Assembly (NCBI GenBank): GCA_964634755.1
Contig: CAZWJH010000003.1
Span: forward strand, 2,328 to 66,327
DNA: 64,000 bases
Direction: 5' to 3'
From: an uncultured Clostridia bacterium
GTDB lineage: Bacteria; Acidobacteriota; Aminicenantia; JAMOAD01
Below are positions 1 through 8,290 of the stretch, piece by piece. The position numbers and the translations under genes were made by a program. Position 1 is the stretch's first letter. Each line of letters opens with the position of its first letter. The notes beneath the pieces were generated by a model that saw only the letters and a program-made list of their open reading frames with translations, was not told where the DNA came from and made no database searches.

Positions 1-60
1 CTAAAAACTCTTCGTTTTTATATGCCTTTTTAGGTTTTTCCACTTTTCTTTTCCTCAATT

Positions 61-402
61 TTAGTTTTCCGGATATGAAAAATCATCATATATGGTTTCA
101 AGTCTAAGTTTATGCTTTGCTTCTTCTTGTGCAAGCGATTCAAAAAGGTGCTTCACATTTTCATCATCAGAAGATTTTGCCAAATCAGTGTAGAGCTTAA
201 AAGCAGCCTTTTCTTTTTTTATAGCAATCAAAAGGGCATCCTGGTAAGTCATCTCATCCGAAGCAACAAATAATTTTAAAATTTCTTTCAAGGTTTCATT
301 TTTAACCTTTTTCGATTCTTTATTGAAAAAATTACTTGCTTCATACTCCCTTTTAATTACAAAATCCAACTTTCCTTCAATTGAATTAAATTCATCGTTC
401 AT
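61..402 (-). CDS. ferritin-like / rubrerythrin-like domain protein (113 aa)
   Basis: Six-frame ORF. Small helical protein with E-x-x-H style motif (EEAKHKLRLE) typical of ferritin-like diiron folds. No further domains recognised. Confidence 0.35.
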   Translation of the reverse strand: MNDEFNSIEGKLDFVIKREYEASNFFNKESKKVKNETLKEILKLFVASDEMTYQDALLIAIKKEKAAFKLYTDLAKSSDDENVKHLFESLAQEEAKHKLRLETIYDDFSYPEN

Positions 403-494
403 TAAAGTTTACTCCTTAAAAATAAGTTTTAATTTTATCACTTTTCAAATTATCCGGCAATGAATCAAAAAATTTTTAAAAAATTAAATACTGC

Positions 495-523
495 TTGACA
501 TTATTTAAAAATATTTTTATCCT
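495..523 (+). promoter_or_regulatory. Putative sigma-70 promoter for cas6 (TTGACA-N17-TATCCT), implying a leaderless or near-leaderless transcript
   Basis: Perfect -35 TTGACA at 495-500. 17-nt spacer. TATCCT at 518-523. ATG codons at 528/531 lie only 5-8 nt downstream. Confidence 0.35.
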
Positions 524-527
524 TATT

Positions 528-1244
528 ATGATGAGGATTAAAATACAAATCTCAAGTGATAATGGATTCTTTGTTCCATTTAAAAGAGCATATGAAGTGT
601 CATTTTTTATAAGGGAAATTCTAAAAAACACAGGAATTGAAGAGCCTTATTTTAATTTTTCTCCATTCAGATCAATGAATAGAGAAATCTCAGACGAGGG
701 TATTCTTTTAAGAAATCCAATTGTTTTGTATATAACTTCACCAATAGAAAATTACATAAAGATAATTGAAGATTTTTTTAAAAATAATCAAAAAATATCT
801 CTCTTTGAGACTGAACTCACTATTGAAAAAACTGTTATCTTCCCTCCATTTGAAGCAGATAATGAAATAAATAAATTTAAGTGTCTTTCTCCAATAACAG
901 TTTACAAAAAATACATTACAAAAGAGAAAGAGGAAAAAGAGATTTTTTTAAACCCACATGACAGCGAGTTTTACAACTTAATTAGAACAAATCTAATTGA
1001 AAAATTCAGAAGGATATATGGCAAACTTCCTCAAAAATCACATCTCTATATCCAATTTGATAAAAATTACCTTATTAAAAAAAGGAAAATTTCAAAATTA
1101 GTTGAAATTAAGGGGAAAAAATACAAAGCATGGCTATCACCATTCACCATGTCCGGAAATAAGGAAATAATCCAAATCGCATATGATTGGGGAATTGGTC
1201 AGCTTAATAGCTACGGTTTTGGTATGATTGAGGTGGTAAGGTAA
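528..1244 (+). CDS. cas6: CRISPR-associated endoribonuclease Cas6 (stand-alone)
   Basis: Start MMRIKIQ/MRIKIQ is the typical Cas6 N-terminus. The C-terminal glycine-rich loop G-I-G-QLNSY-G-F-G matches the Cas6 signature GhGxxxxxGhG exactly. Length (about 240 aa) fits Cas6. The listed ORF start at 495 is upstream of the first Met. Confidence 0.7.
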   Translation: MMRIKIQISSDNGFFVPFKRAYEVSFFIREILKNTGIEEPYFNFSPFRSMNREISDEGILLRNPIVLYITSPIENYIKIIEDFFKNNQKISLFETELTIEKTVIFPPFEADNEINKFKCLSPITVYKKYITKEKEEKEIFLNPHDSEFYNLIRTNLIEKFRRIYGKLPQKSHLYIQFDKNYLIKKRKISKLVEIKGKKYKAWLSPFTMSGNKEIIQIAYDWGIGQLNSYGFGMIEVVR

Positions 1245-1283
1245 GAGTTATTTAAAAAACTTCCAAAAAACAAATTGATGATA

Positions 1284-1312
1284 TTGATATAGTGGTCAAA
1301 TTATGGTATATT
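1284..1312 (+). promoter_or_regulatory. Putative sigma-70 promoter for the tRNA-Pro/tRNA-Arg pair (TTGATA-N17-TATATT)
   Basis: TTGATA at 1284-1289. 17-nt spacer. TATATT at 1307-1312. tRNA starts at 1326. Confidence 0.45.
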
Positions 1313-1325
1313 AACAGACTTTTTG

Positions 1326-1400
1326 CGGGGCGTGGCGCAGCCTGGATAGCGCACCTGCCTTGGGAGCAGGGGGTCGGTGGTTCAAATCCACTCGCCCCGA
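1326..1400 (+). tRNA. tRNA-Pro (anticodon TGG)
   Basis: Cloverleaf readable by eye. Acceptor CGGGGCG/CGCCCCG. D-arm GCGCAGCCTGGATAGCGC. Anticodon stem CCTGC/GCAGG with loop CTTGGGA. T-arm GGTGGTTCAAATCCACT. CCA not encoded. Confidence 0.85.
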
Positions 1401-1415
1401 GAAAAAAAAGTAGAT

Positions 1416-1489
1416 GCGCCCGTAGCTCAACAGGATAGAGCATTGGATTTCTAATCCAAATGTTGGGGGTTCGAGTCCCTCCGGGCGCG
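1416..1489 (+). tRNA. tRNA-Arg (anticodon TCT)
   Basis: Acceptor GCGCCCG/CGGGCGC. Anticodon stem TTGGA/TCCAA with loop TTTCTAA. T-loop GGTTCGAGTCC. Lies 15 nt after tRNA-Pro. Confidence 0.85.
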
Positions 1490-1535
1490 TACTTATTTTT
1501 TAGGGGTAAAGGAATTAATTCTAAACATTAAAAAA

Positions 1536-2171
1536 TTACAGTTTAAAACTTCCTGAAAGAATACCTTTTATTTCATATTCAAAGAGATCTTCCTGATGAG
1601 CTTCACCTACCCCCTCAGGAGTTCCTGTCATAATAATATCATTTTCATTCAAACCAAAAAACTCAACAATTTTTTTAATTATTGTTAAAGGTTTAAAAAG
1701 CATATGGCTGCTCGATGATGATTGCTTTAATTTGCCATTTATTTTCAAAGAAAATTCAATGTTCTCAAAATCAATATAATCGGGGATTGACTCAAATTCG
1801 CTGAAAAGCGCTCCTCCGTCAAAAGCTTTTGCCTTTTCCCATGGTAAACCTTTCTCTTTGAGTTTTTTTTGAAGAGTTCGCATTGTAAAATCAATTCCGA
1901 ATCCTATCCCTTTAAAGACCGACGCGTCTATTCTATCCCCATATTTAACACTTTTGCCCACTAAAAAAGAAATTTCTCCTTCATAATGTATCGGATAATC
2001 ATATCTTTTAAATTCAGGCTTTCCTATGGATGAATTTGGCTTTATAAATAAGACTATATCGTCCGGTATTTCATTATTAAGCTCTCTAATATGTTTTACA
2101 TAATTTCTACCAACGCAAACGATTTTTGAAGGACAGACCTTTTCTTTTTCAAAAATAACATAATTTTGCAT
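1536..2171 (-). CDS. fumarylacetoacetate hydrolase (FAH) family protein
   Basis: KIVCVGRNY...H..E N-terminal motif and IMTGTPEGVG metal-binding region characteristic of FAH / 2-keto-4-pentenoate hydratase-like enzymes. 211 aa. Confidence 0.65.
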   Translation of the reverse strand: MQNYVIFEKEKVCPSKIVCVGRNYVKHIRELNNEIPDDIVLFIKPNSSIGKPEFKRYDYPIHYEGEISFLVGKSVKYGDRIDASVFKGIGFGIDFTMRTLQKKLKEKGLPWEKAKAFDGGALFSEFESIPDYIDFENIEFSLKINGKLKQSSSSSHMLFKPLTIIKKIVEFFGLNENDIIMTGTPEGVGEAHQEDLFEYEIKGILSGSFKL

Positions 2172-2186
2172 TCCTCTTACCTGTTT

Positions 2187-3659
2187 TTAAAAGAATACTA
2201 TGGATACCAAAATAAAGGATGTTATAAGGAAAGGTAGAGAATATTTCATTATATATCCAAAAAAGCTTGGCATCTCAATATTGTTTTCTTCTGCTATTGA
2301 TTTTACCATAAAGTTAGGAGCATTTCCTATGTATGTATTGGCTCCCATAAAAACAGCTCCGGCTGAAATTGCTTCCAAAACAGTGGGATTATGAGAGATA
2401 AGATAATGTGCAGCCTGAGCTTCTGTCAAAGGGGTAAAGTGAGGTAAAACAAAATTACCCAAAGCAGAATTAAAAAATGTAAGATAAGTGGGCGCATTGT
2501 CAAGAAAGCTCGATAGTATTCCCGTTGCCCAAAAATAGTGAACAGGATCTTTAACAGCTCTCATCAAAAATGCCAAAGCACCTCTTTCTCCGGCTTTTAA
2601 AATTGCAATTGCAGGAATAATAGTAATAAAAATACCCGCGAAAAGATAGGCAACTTCAAGAATGGGATCCCAGGTAAACTCATTCCCTTCTCTAATCTCT
2701 TTCTTTGTAAAATAAAGGGAAAGAAGTCCCATTATAATCAAAATACCATTTCTTACCAAATTCTCTATTTCAACAGGTATTCCCAAAACATTCACTTTAC
2801 CCGGATGCCAGACACCGCTCAAAAGAACTCCACCGATAATTCCCAAAAGAAAGATTATATTAACAAGTCCAACAACCTTTATAGGCTCTTTCTCCTCATC
2901 ATCTCCGTGTGCTTTTACTTCATCGGTTTCTTTTCTGTAATAATAGGTATCAAGAATAAAAAACATTATTAAAAGGATCAAAGATACAAATCCCATGTGA
3001 GGAAATATGTTAAATGTCCAGAAGAAAGGAACACCGTGTAAAAATCCTAAAAACAGAGGAGGATCTCCCAATGGAGTTAATGAACCTCCTATATTTGCCA
3101 CAAGGAATATGAAAAACGCTATTACATGTGTTTTATGCTTCCTGTGTTTGTTTGCTCTGATAACAGGTCTAATTAAAAGCATTGCAGAACCTGTTGTTCC
3201 TATCCATGAAGAAAGAAAAGTTCCTATTATTAACATTAAAAGGTTTACCGCTGGGGTTCCCTTTAAAGAGCCTTTAACAAGAATTCCTCCGGCCACAGTA
3301 AAAAGAGACCAAAGGAGTATAATAAATGGTATGTAATCCAACAATATTATATGTAAAGTCTCATGAACAGCTTCATGAGGATAATAAATATAAAAAGGTA
3401 TAAAAAGCAAAAGCGCCCAAAATGCGGCGACCTTTCCAAAATGATGATGCCAGAAGTGCGGAGCAATAAGAGGGAAAATTGCTATGGAGAGCAAAATACC
3501 AGCAAAAGGAATTGCTGACCAAAGAGGCAATTTTTCACCCAAAAGCTCCTCTTCGTCCCCGTGAGCAACTTTATCTTTGTGAGTATTTGCAGCAAAAATT
3601 GGCATTGCTAATGAAAAAATAACCACAAAAAGGAAAAACATCAAGAAAACCTTTTTCAT
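2187..3659 (-). CDS. polytopic ion transporter (ArsB/NhaD-superfamily-like permease) with two KAHGD-EEE acidic loops
   Basis: 490 aa with 12 or more hydrophobic segments. Duplicated halves each preceded by a KAHGDEEE/KAHGDDEEKE loop. Overall similarity to Na+/H+ antiporter NhaD-type permeases. Family assignment is from memory only. Confidence 0.4.
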   Translation of the reverse strand: MKKVFLMFFLFVVIFSLAMPIFAANTHKDKVAHGDEEELLGEKLPLWSAIPFAGILLSIAIFPLIAPHFWHHHFGKVAAFWALLLFIPFYIYYPHEAVHETLHIILLDYIPFIILLWSLFTVAGGILVKGSLKGTPAVNLLMLIIGTFLSSWIGTTGSAMLLIRPVIRANKHRKHKTHVIAFFIFLVANIGGSLTPLGDPPLFLGFLHGVPFFWTFNIFPHMGFVSLILLIMFFILDTYYYRKETDEVKAHGDDEEKEPIKVVGLVNIIFLLGIIGGVLLSGVWHPGKVNVLGIPVEIENLVRNGILIIMGLLSLYFTKKEIREGNEFTWDPILEVAYLFAGIFITIIPAIAILKAGERGALAFLMRAVKDPVHYFWATGILSSFLDNAPTYLTFFNSALGNFVLPHFTPLTEAQAAHYLISHNPTVLEAISAGAVFMGANTYIGNAPNFMVKSIAEENNIEMPSFFGYIMKYSLPFLITSFILVSIVFF

Positions 3660-3805
3660 ATCTTTTCTCCTTTATTTTTCTACCTTATAAAAGCAATATA
3701 TAATAATATTAGCTTTAAAAAAAGTCAACACTCATATTTGTACTTTCTAAGTAACGACGGAACATTTTTTAACTAACTTCGTTATAGTGTTATTAAATAA
3801 GGAGG

Positions 3806-4555
3806 TTGATAATGAGAAAGAGAATCACATTTGTAACATTAGTTTTATTTCTAAGTTCTCTAATCTTTCCTTACACCTATGAAAAAGGATTCCATAAAGA
3901 GTTAAAAATCGGGAATCTTACGAATATTTACTTAAAGAATGTAAATGGAAAGATATTGATAAACTCTCAAGAGGATGAAAAAATTTCAATTTTTGCTACT
4001 ATTAAAGCAAATTCAAAGGAAAAGCTTGATCTGGTAAATATAAAGGTGTTCAAATCCGATAAAGCTCTTGAAATAAAACCATATTTTCCCAAAAATTCTA
4101 ATGTTTCAATAAACTTTATCTTAAAAATTCCGCCAAATCTGGCTTCAAAAATCACTTCAGTAAACGGGAGTATAATAAGTGATGCTAATTTAAAAAGATT
4201 TATCTTCACAACTGTAAATGGGAAAATACTTGTTACCAATCATTATGGAGCTGGAAAAGTTTCAACTGTAAATGGTAGTATCAAGCTTTATTTAGGCGAA
4301 CTTAAGGATAACCTCTCGGTAAAAACAGTTAATGGTTCAATATCAGTTTACATAAAAAACACAAAAAACTTAAGCTTAAAAGCAAGCACAGTAAATGGAT
4401 CGGTTAAAATTGATCACCCGGACCTTATAATAACCTACAAAAAAAGATTATTCCCATTCTCATCTTTCTCAACAATAAAAGCAGCAGGGAAAGAACCAGA
4501 GTTTCATATATCTCTTTCCACTGTTAATGGCTCTATAAGAGTTTTACCCTATTAA
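3806..4555 (+). CDS. secreted DUF4097-like beta-strand repeat protein (VNGxI repeats)
   Basis: Signal peptide. At least 7 copies of (T/S)VNG(S/K)I(x) spaced about 20 aa apart, typical of DUF4097 'putative adhesin' beta-helix repeats. RBS AAGGAGG sits 8 nt upstream of ATG 3812. Confidence 0.5.
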   Translation: MIMRKRITFVTLVLFLSSLIFPYTYEKGFHKELKIGNLTNIYLKNVNGKILINSQEDEKISIFATIKANSKEKLDLVNIKVFKSDKALEIKPYFPKNSNVSINFILKIPPNLASKITSVNGSIISDANLKRFIFTTVNGKILVTNHYGAGKVSTVNGSIKLYLGELKDNLSVKTVNGSISVYIKNTKNLSLKASTVNGSVKIDHPDLIITYKKRLFPFSSFSTIKAAGKEPEFHISLSTVNGSIRVLPY

Positions 4556-4609
4556 CTTCATATATATAACTCCAATGCCTCTGGGACACTACTGCTCGGA
4601 GGCATTCTT

Positions 4610-6247
4610 TTATTTTCTCTCGTAAATTATCTTTCCATCCAAAATAGTAATATCTACCTTTGTCTTAAGGATTTTATGATAAGGGGAAGATGTTATATCA
4701 TTGGAAAGCACAATAATATCCGCAAGCATACCGGGAACAATTTTTCCTTTTATATTTTCCTCAAACGTTGCATAAGCCCCTTCAACTGTATAATTGTATA
4801 TTGCCTGAAAAAGTGAAATCTTTTCATCAGGAATCCAACCTCCTATCGGCTCGCCCTCAAAATTTGCCCTCATAACCGATGCATAAAGTCCAATCATGGG
4901 ATTTAAGGGAACAATAGGCCAATCAGTTCCGAAGGCAACATGAACCCCTTTTTTGATAAATGAATTCCATGCATAAGCTCCCTTGCTTCTCTCCTTTCCC
5001 AATCTTTTCTCAGCCCACTTGTAATCATAAAGCATATGAGATGGTTGCATAGAAGCAATCACATTCCATTTTTTATAATCATCCATATCAGAAAGTCTTA
5101 CGGTTTGAGAGTGCTCAATTCTGTTTCTCAAATCTTTCCTTCCCGAAGAAATTTCAGCAGCTTCAAAAGCCTTCAAAGCCATCCAGACAGCATAATCTCC
5201 TATCGCATGAAATCCTACCTGCAAGCCTGCTTTATTAAATTCAATTGTTTTTCTGAAAAGTTCATTCAAATCCATAGTAAACATACCGGAAGTGGCAGGA
5301 TCATCCGCATAAGGGAAAAACATCTTTGCTGTCCTTGCTCCCAAAGTTCCGTCCATAAAACCCTTTATAAGGCCAAATCTTAAATATTTTGAATTGTATC
5401 TTTCTATTCCTCTTTTAACCTTTAAATTATATTTAACGCTTTTATAAAAATCTCCCCAAAAACTAACTCTTAAGGTTAGTTTTCCCCTTTTGTAAAGATA
5501 CTTATAAACTTCAAGAGCAAGAAGAGAGGAGTTATCTTGTATAGAGGTTACCCCGTATTTCTTTGCCTCATCAAGAGCCTTTAAAATATACTTTTCAGCA
5601 GTTTTAAAATCCATCTCAGGTATTACTTTGTAAACAAGCTCAGCCGCATTTTCCTTTAAGATACCTGTAGGCTCTCCATTTCTATCTTTTACTATCTCTC
5701 CTCCTTTGGGAGATTTTGTGTTTTTATTTATTCCAGCTATCTCCAAAGCCTTTGAATTCACCCACAAAATATGCCCGCATACTCTTTTAAAAGCAATGGG
5801 ATTATTAGGAGCAATTTTATCCAAAAATTCCTTTGTCGGAAATTTTTTCCCTTTAAAAAAATACTGATCCCAGCCTCTCCCCTCAATCCATTCACCGGCT
5901 CTTGCACTTTTCAACCTCTCTTTTAAAAGAGCAGCTATTTCATCCTCATTTTTATTGTTCAAATCAAGAGTAAAAAGGCTTTTTGCTCCGGATAAAAAAT
6001 GAAGATGAGAATCATTAAAACCTGGTAAAGCAAGCCTACCTTTCAAATTTATCAGTTTAGTTCTCTTTGTTTTTAATTTTAAGATTTCCTCATCAGAACC
6101 TATCGCAATTACTTTGTTTCTTCGTATTGCCACAGCTTCCACATAGGGAAGGTTTGGATTCATCGTCATTATTTTTCCATGATACAGAATCATATCAGCT
6201 CTTTGTGAAACCATAAAAAGTGATAAAAAGGCGAGAAAAACATTCAT
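4610..6247 (-). CDS. amidohydrolase family (Amidohydro_3-type) metal-dependent hydrolase, secreted
   Basis: N-terminal signal peptide. GFNDSHLHFLSGA metal-binding HxH motif and overall amidohydrolase-3 architecture. 545 aa. Confidence 0.65.
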   Translation of the reverse strand: MNVFLAFLSLFMVSQRADMILYHGKIMTMNPNLPYVEAVAIRRNKVIAIGSDEEILKLKTKRTKLINLKGRLALPGFNDSHLHFLSGAKSLFTLDLNNKNEDEIAALLKERLKSARAGEWIEGRGWDQYFFKGKKFPTKEFLDKIAPNNPIAFKRVCGHILWVNSKALEIAGINKNTKSPKGGEIVKDRNGEPTGILKENAAELVYKVIPEMDFKTAEKYILKALDEAKKYGVTSIQDNSSLLALEVYKYLYKRGKLTLRVSFWGDFYKSVKYNLKVKRGIERYNSKYLRFGLIKGFMDGTLGARTAKMFFPYADDPATSGMFTMDLNELFRKTIEFNKAGLQVGFHAIGDYAVWMALKAFEAAEISSGRKDLRNRIEHSQTVRLSDMDDYKKWNVIASMQPSHMLYDYKWAEKRLGKERSKGAYAWNSFIKKGVHVAFGTDWPIVPLNPMIGLYASVMRANFEGEPIGGWIPDEKISLFQAIYNYTVEGAYATFEENIKGKIVPGMLADIIVLSNDITSSPYHKILKTKVDITILDGKIIYERK

Positions 6248-7281
6248 TTCACACTCTCCATATTATTTTTTATTATATTATTGATTATTTCATAAAAAAT
6301 TTCTCCTTCAAGTTTGTCCTTATCATAAACCTTAATTTTAAACTCTCTTTTTTTTGAAAAATTCTCTCCTCTTATTAAAACCTTCAAATTTACAACCCCT
6401 TCAAAAGGTAAGTAAACCTTAAACTCCTTTTTCTTGGAGTTTTTGTATTCCAAATTCTCTTTACCCTCAAAAACTGTTTTTACAGTTGTTTTTACCTTTT
6501 CAATGTTATAAATCTTCAAAGTAAGCCTAAGAGTATCACCTTTAAAGTATTCATTTTTGTCTGTATCGCACCACACACCGATTTTAGGATAAAGCTTTAC
6601 TACTGAGAAATAGTGTTCCTTTGATTTTAACCCCCACAAAATCACTCTATCACTTTTAATAATAGGCCTACCCTTTAATTTAACTCTTGTTTTCCCTTCC
6701 TTTAATTCACTCTTCTTATAATAAAAGAAATAATACTTATCCGGAGAAAACACAAAAAAGCCCTTTCTTACTTGATAAATAAAGAAAGACTCAGGAGAAA
6801 TACTTCTCCAGTAAATTAGGTCCCCTCCTCTCTTATAAACATTTAAAAATCCATTTTGAAAAATCACAACAAGATATTTACCATCAAATATATAATCAAT
6901 AATTTCAAGGTTTGGAGCTCTTCTTTTCCATTTCTTTTTACCATTAATAAAAAACATAAGTATCCCTTTGTTCTTTTTCAAAGAATAATTTCTCGTTTTT
7001 TTAACTTTTCCACCTCTTTCTGTCTTCAAAAACTTCTTTAATTTATTGGGCTCAAGGGAGCCAATTTTAAATTCCCAATAATGAATAACATCATTTTCCC
7101 TTATTGAAAATACAAGAGAATCCTCATTCTCGTACATTTTAAAAGCGCTCTCCTCACTCTTTAAAGGTATTGAAGACATTATTTCTGGAACAAGGGGATA
7201 AACAAGTTCAGTGTTTTCAGAAAAAATAAGAGAGAAAGAAAAGAGTAAGAAAAAAATAAAGCTAAAAAGTTTAAACTTCAT
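6244..7281 (-). CDS. secreted hypothetical protein (345 aa), Lys-rich, no recognised domain
   Basis: Long ORF with signal peptide. Co-directional with and overlapping neighbours by 4 nt (likely an operon). Confidence 0.4.
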   Translation of the reverse strand: MKFKLFSFIFFLLFSFSLIFSENTELVYPLVPEIMSSIPLKSEESAFKMYENEDSLVFSIRENDVIHYWEFKIGSLEPNKLKKFLKTERGGKVKKTRNYSLKKNKGILMFFINGKKKWKRRAPNLEIIDYIFDGKYLVVIFQNGFLNVYKRGGDLIYWRSISPESFFIYQVRKGFFVFSPDKYYFFYYKKSELKEGKTRVKLKGRPIIKSDRVILWGLKSKEHYFSVVKLYPKIGVWCDTDKNEYFKGDTLRLTLKIYNIEKVKTTVKTVFEGKENLEYKNSKKKEFKVYLPFEGVVNLKVLIRGENFSKKREFKIKVYDKDKLEGEIFYEIINNIIKNNMESVK

Positions 7282-7312
7282 TAGAGATTATAAAACACAA
7301 TTGTTCTTTTCG

Positions 7313-8290
7313 TCAAAACCAAATATCTTTTTGAACTCTCCTCTTAAGAAATAAAAAAATAAGCGCGATAAGTCCTATCAAATACTCCCAAACCTGAGTA
7401 ATTGTATGAATAATAAATCCCACTATAAATGGATTTTTTAATTTTATCCTGAGAATAGTAAAAACATACTTGAAAGCCAACTCCCATGTTCCGAAGCCCG
7501 CAAGCCCCTGAACAGGGAGAATAGAGGAAAGCTCCGTAGCAGATATTCCAAAGCTAAAAATTGCAATTTTTTCGATAGCAAAAGTCGTATTTGTTAATGA
7601 AACAAAAAGTATAAAAAGAGAAAAATATTTAAAAGCTCTTATAAATATACTCAAAAAGAATAGTTCCAACCTCTCCATTAAAGAATTATGCTTCTCAAAA
7701 TACATTTCAATCTCGATTAAAGCTACTTTTATTTTCTTAAATTTATTAATAAATTTTATATGGGATATGATACTTAAAATGTTCCCGGAAAAAAAGATAA
7801 AAAAAAGTGAAAGTGTAAAAATAAAAAGAACTGCCCAAAAAAGTCCTCCTCTGTTATCAAAAGAGCTAAGATAAAGCAAAGCAAATGATAGCAAAACCGA
7901 CAAAGAGAGTAAATCATAAAACATTGAAACTATAAAACTTGCTCCGCCTTCTTCAATATTAACTCCCTCTTTATTCGTAAAATATGTGTAAAACAGAAGG
8001 GATGCAGTTCTTGCAGGTAATAAATCGACGGAAAAATTTCTAACAAGTGTGATTAAAAAAAGGTCAAAAAAGCCTAGTTTTTTCTCCAATAAAATCCAGT
8101 ATCTAATAGTCCTTAAAATAGTTCCTACAAGTGATAGAATAAAAAACAGGAACAAATATTCTATTTTTAAAAGATTTTTGTACTCTCTGATACTTTCCAA
8201 TGAAGTTTTTTTAAGAAAAATATAAAAAATTAAAGCTGTAAGAATAAAAGGAAAAATATATTTTAAATATTTAAAAAATCTCTTATTCAC
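7313..8290 (-). CDS. polytopic membrane protein, flippase-like (UPF0104 / lysyl-PG-synthase TM-region-like)
   Basis: 325 aa, about 8 TM segments. Size and topology are reminiscent of the PF03706 family. Assignment is tentative. Confidence 0.3.
   Translation of the reverse strand: MNKRFFKYLKYIFPFILTALIFYIFLKKTSLESIREYKNLLKIEYLFLFFILSLVGTILRTIRYWILLEKKLGFFDLFLITLVRNFSVDLLPARTASLLFYTYFTNKEGVNIEEGGASFIVSMFYDLLSLSVLLSFALLYLSSFDNRGGLFWAVLFIFTLSLFFIFFSGNILSIISHIKFINKFKKIKVALIEIEMYFEKHNSLMERLELFFLSIFIRAFKYFSLFILFVSLTNTTFAIEKIAIFSFGISATELSSILPVQGLAGFGTWELAFKYVFTILRIKLKNPFIVGFIIHTITQVWEYLIGLIALIFLFLKRRVQKDIWF

Noticed and set aside
1252-1443. 63-aa minus-strand ORF
   Set aside because: Lies entirely across the two tRNA genes. 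Artefact of GC-rich tRNA sequence.
2200-5383. Antisense ORFs 2200-2394, 3007-3336, 3967-4239 and 5036-5383 (60-115 aa)
   Set aside because: Each lies within and opposite to a much longer, domain-bearing ORF. Composition is typical of AT-rich antisense frames.
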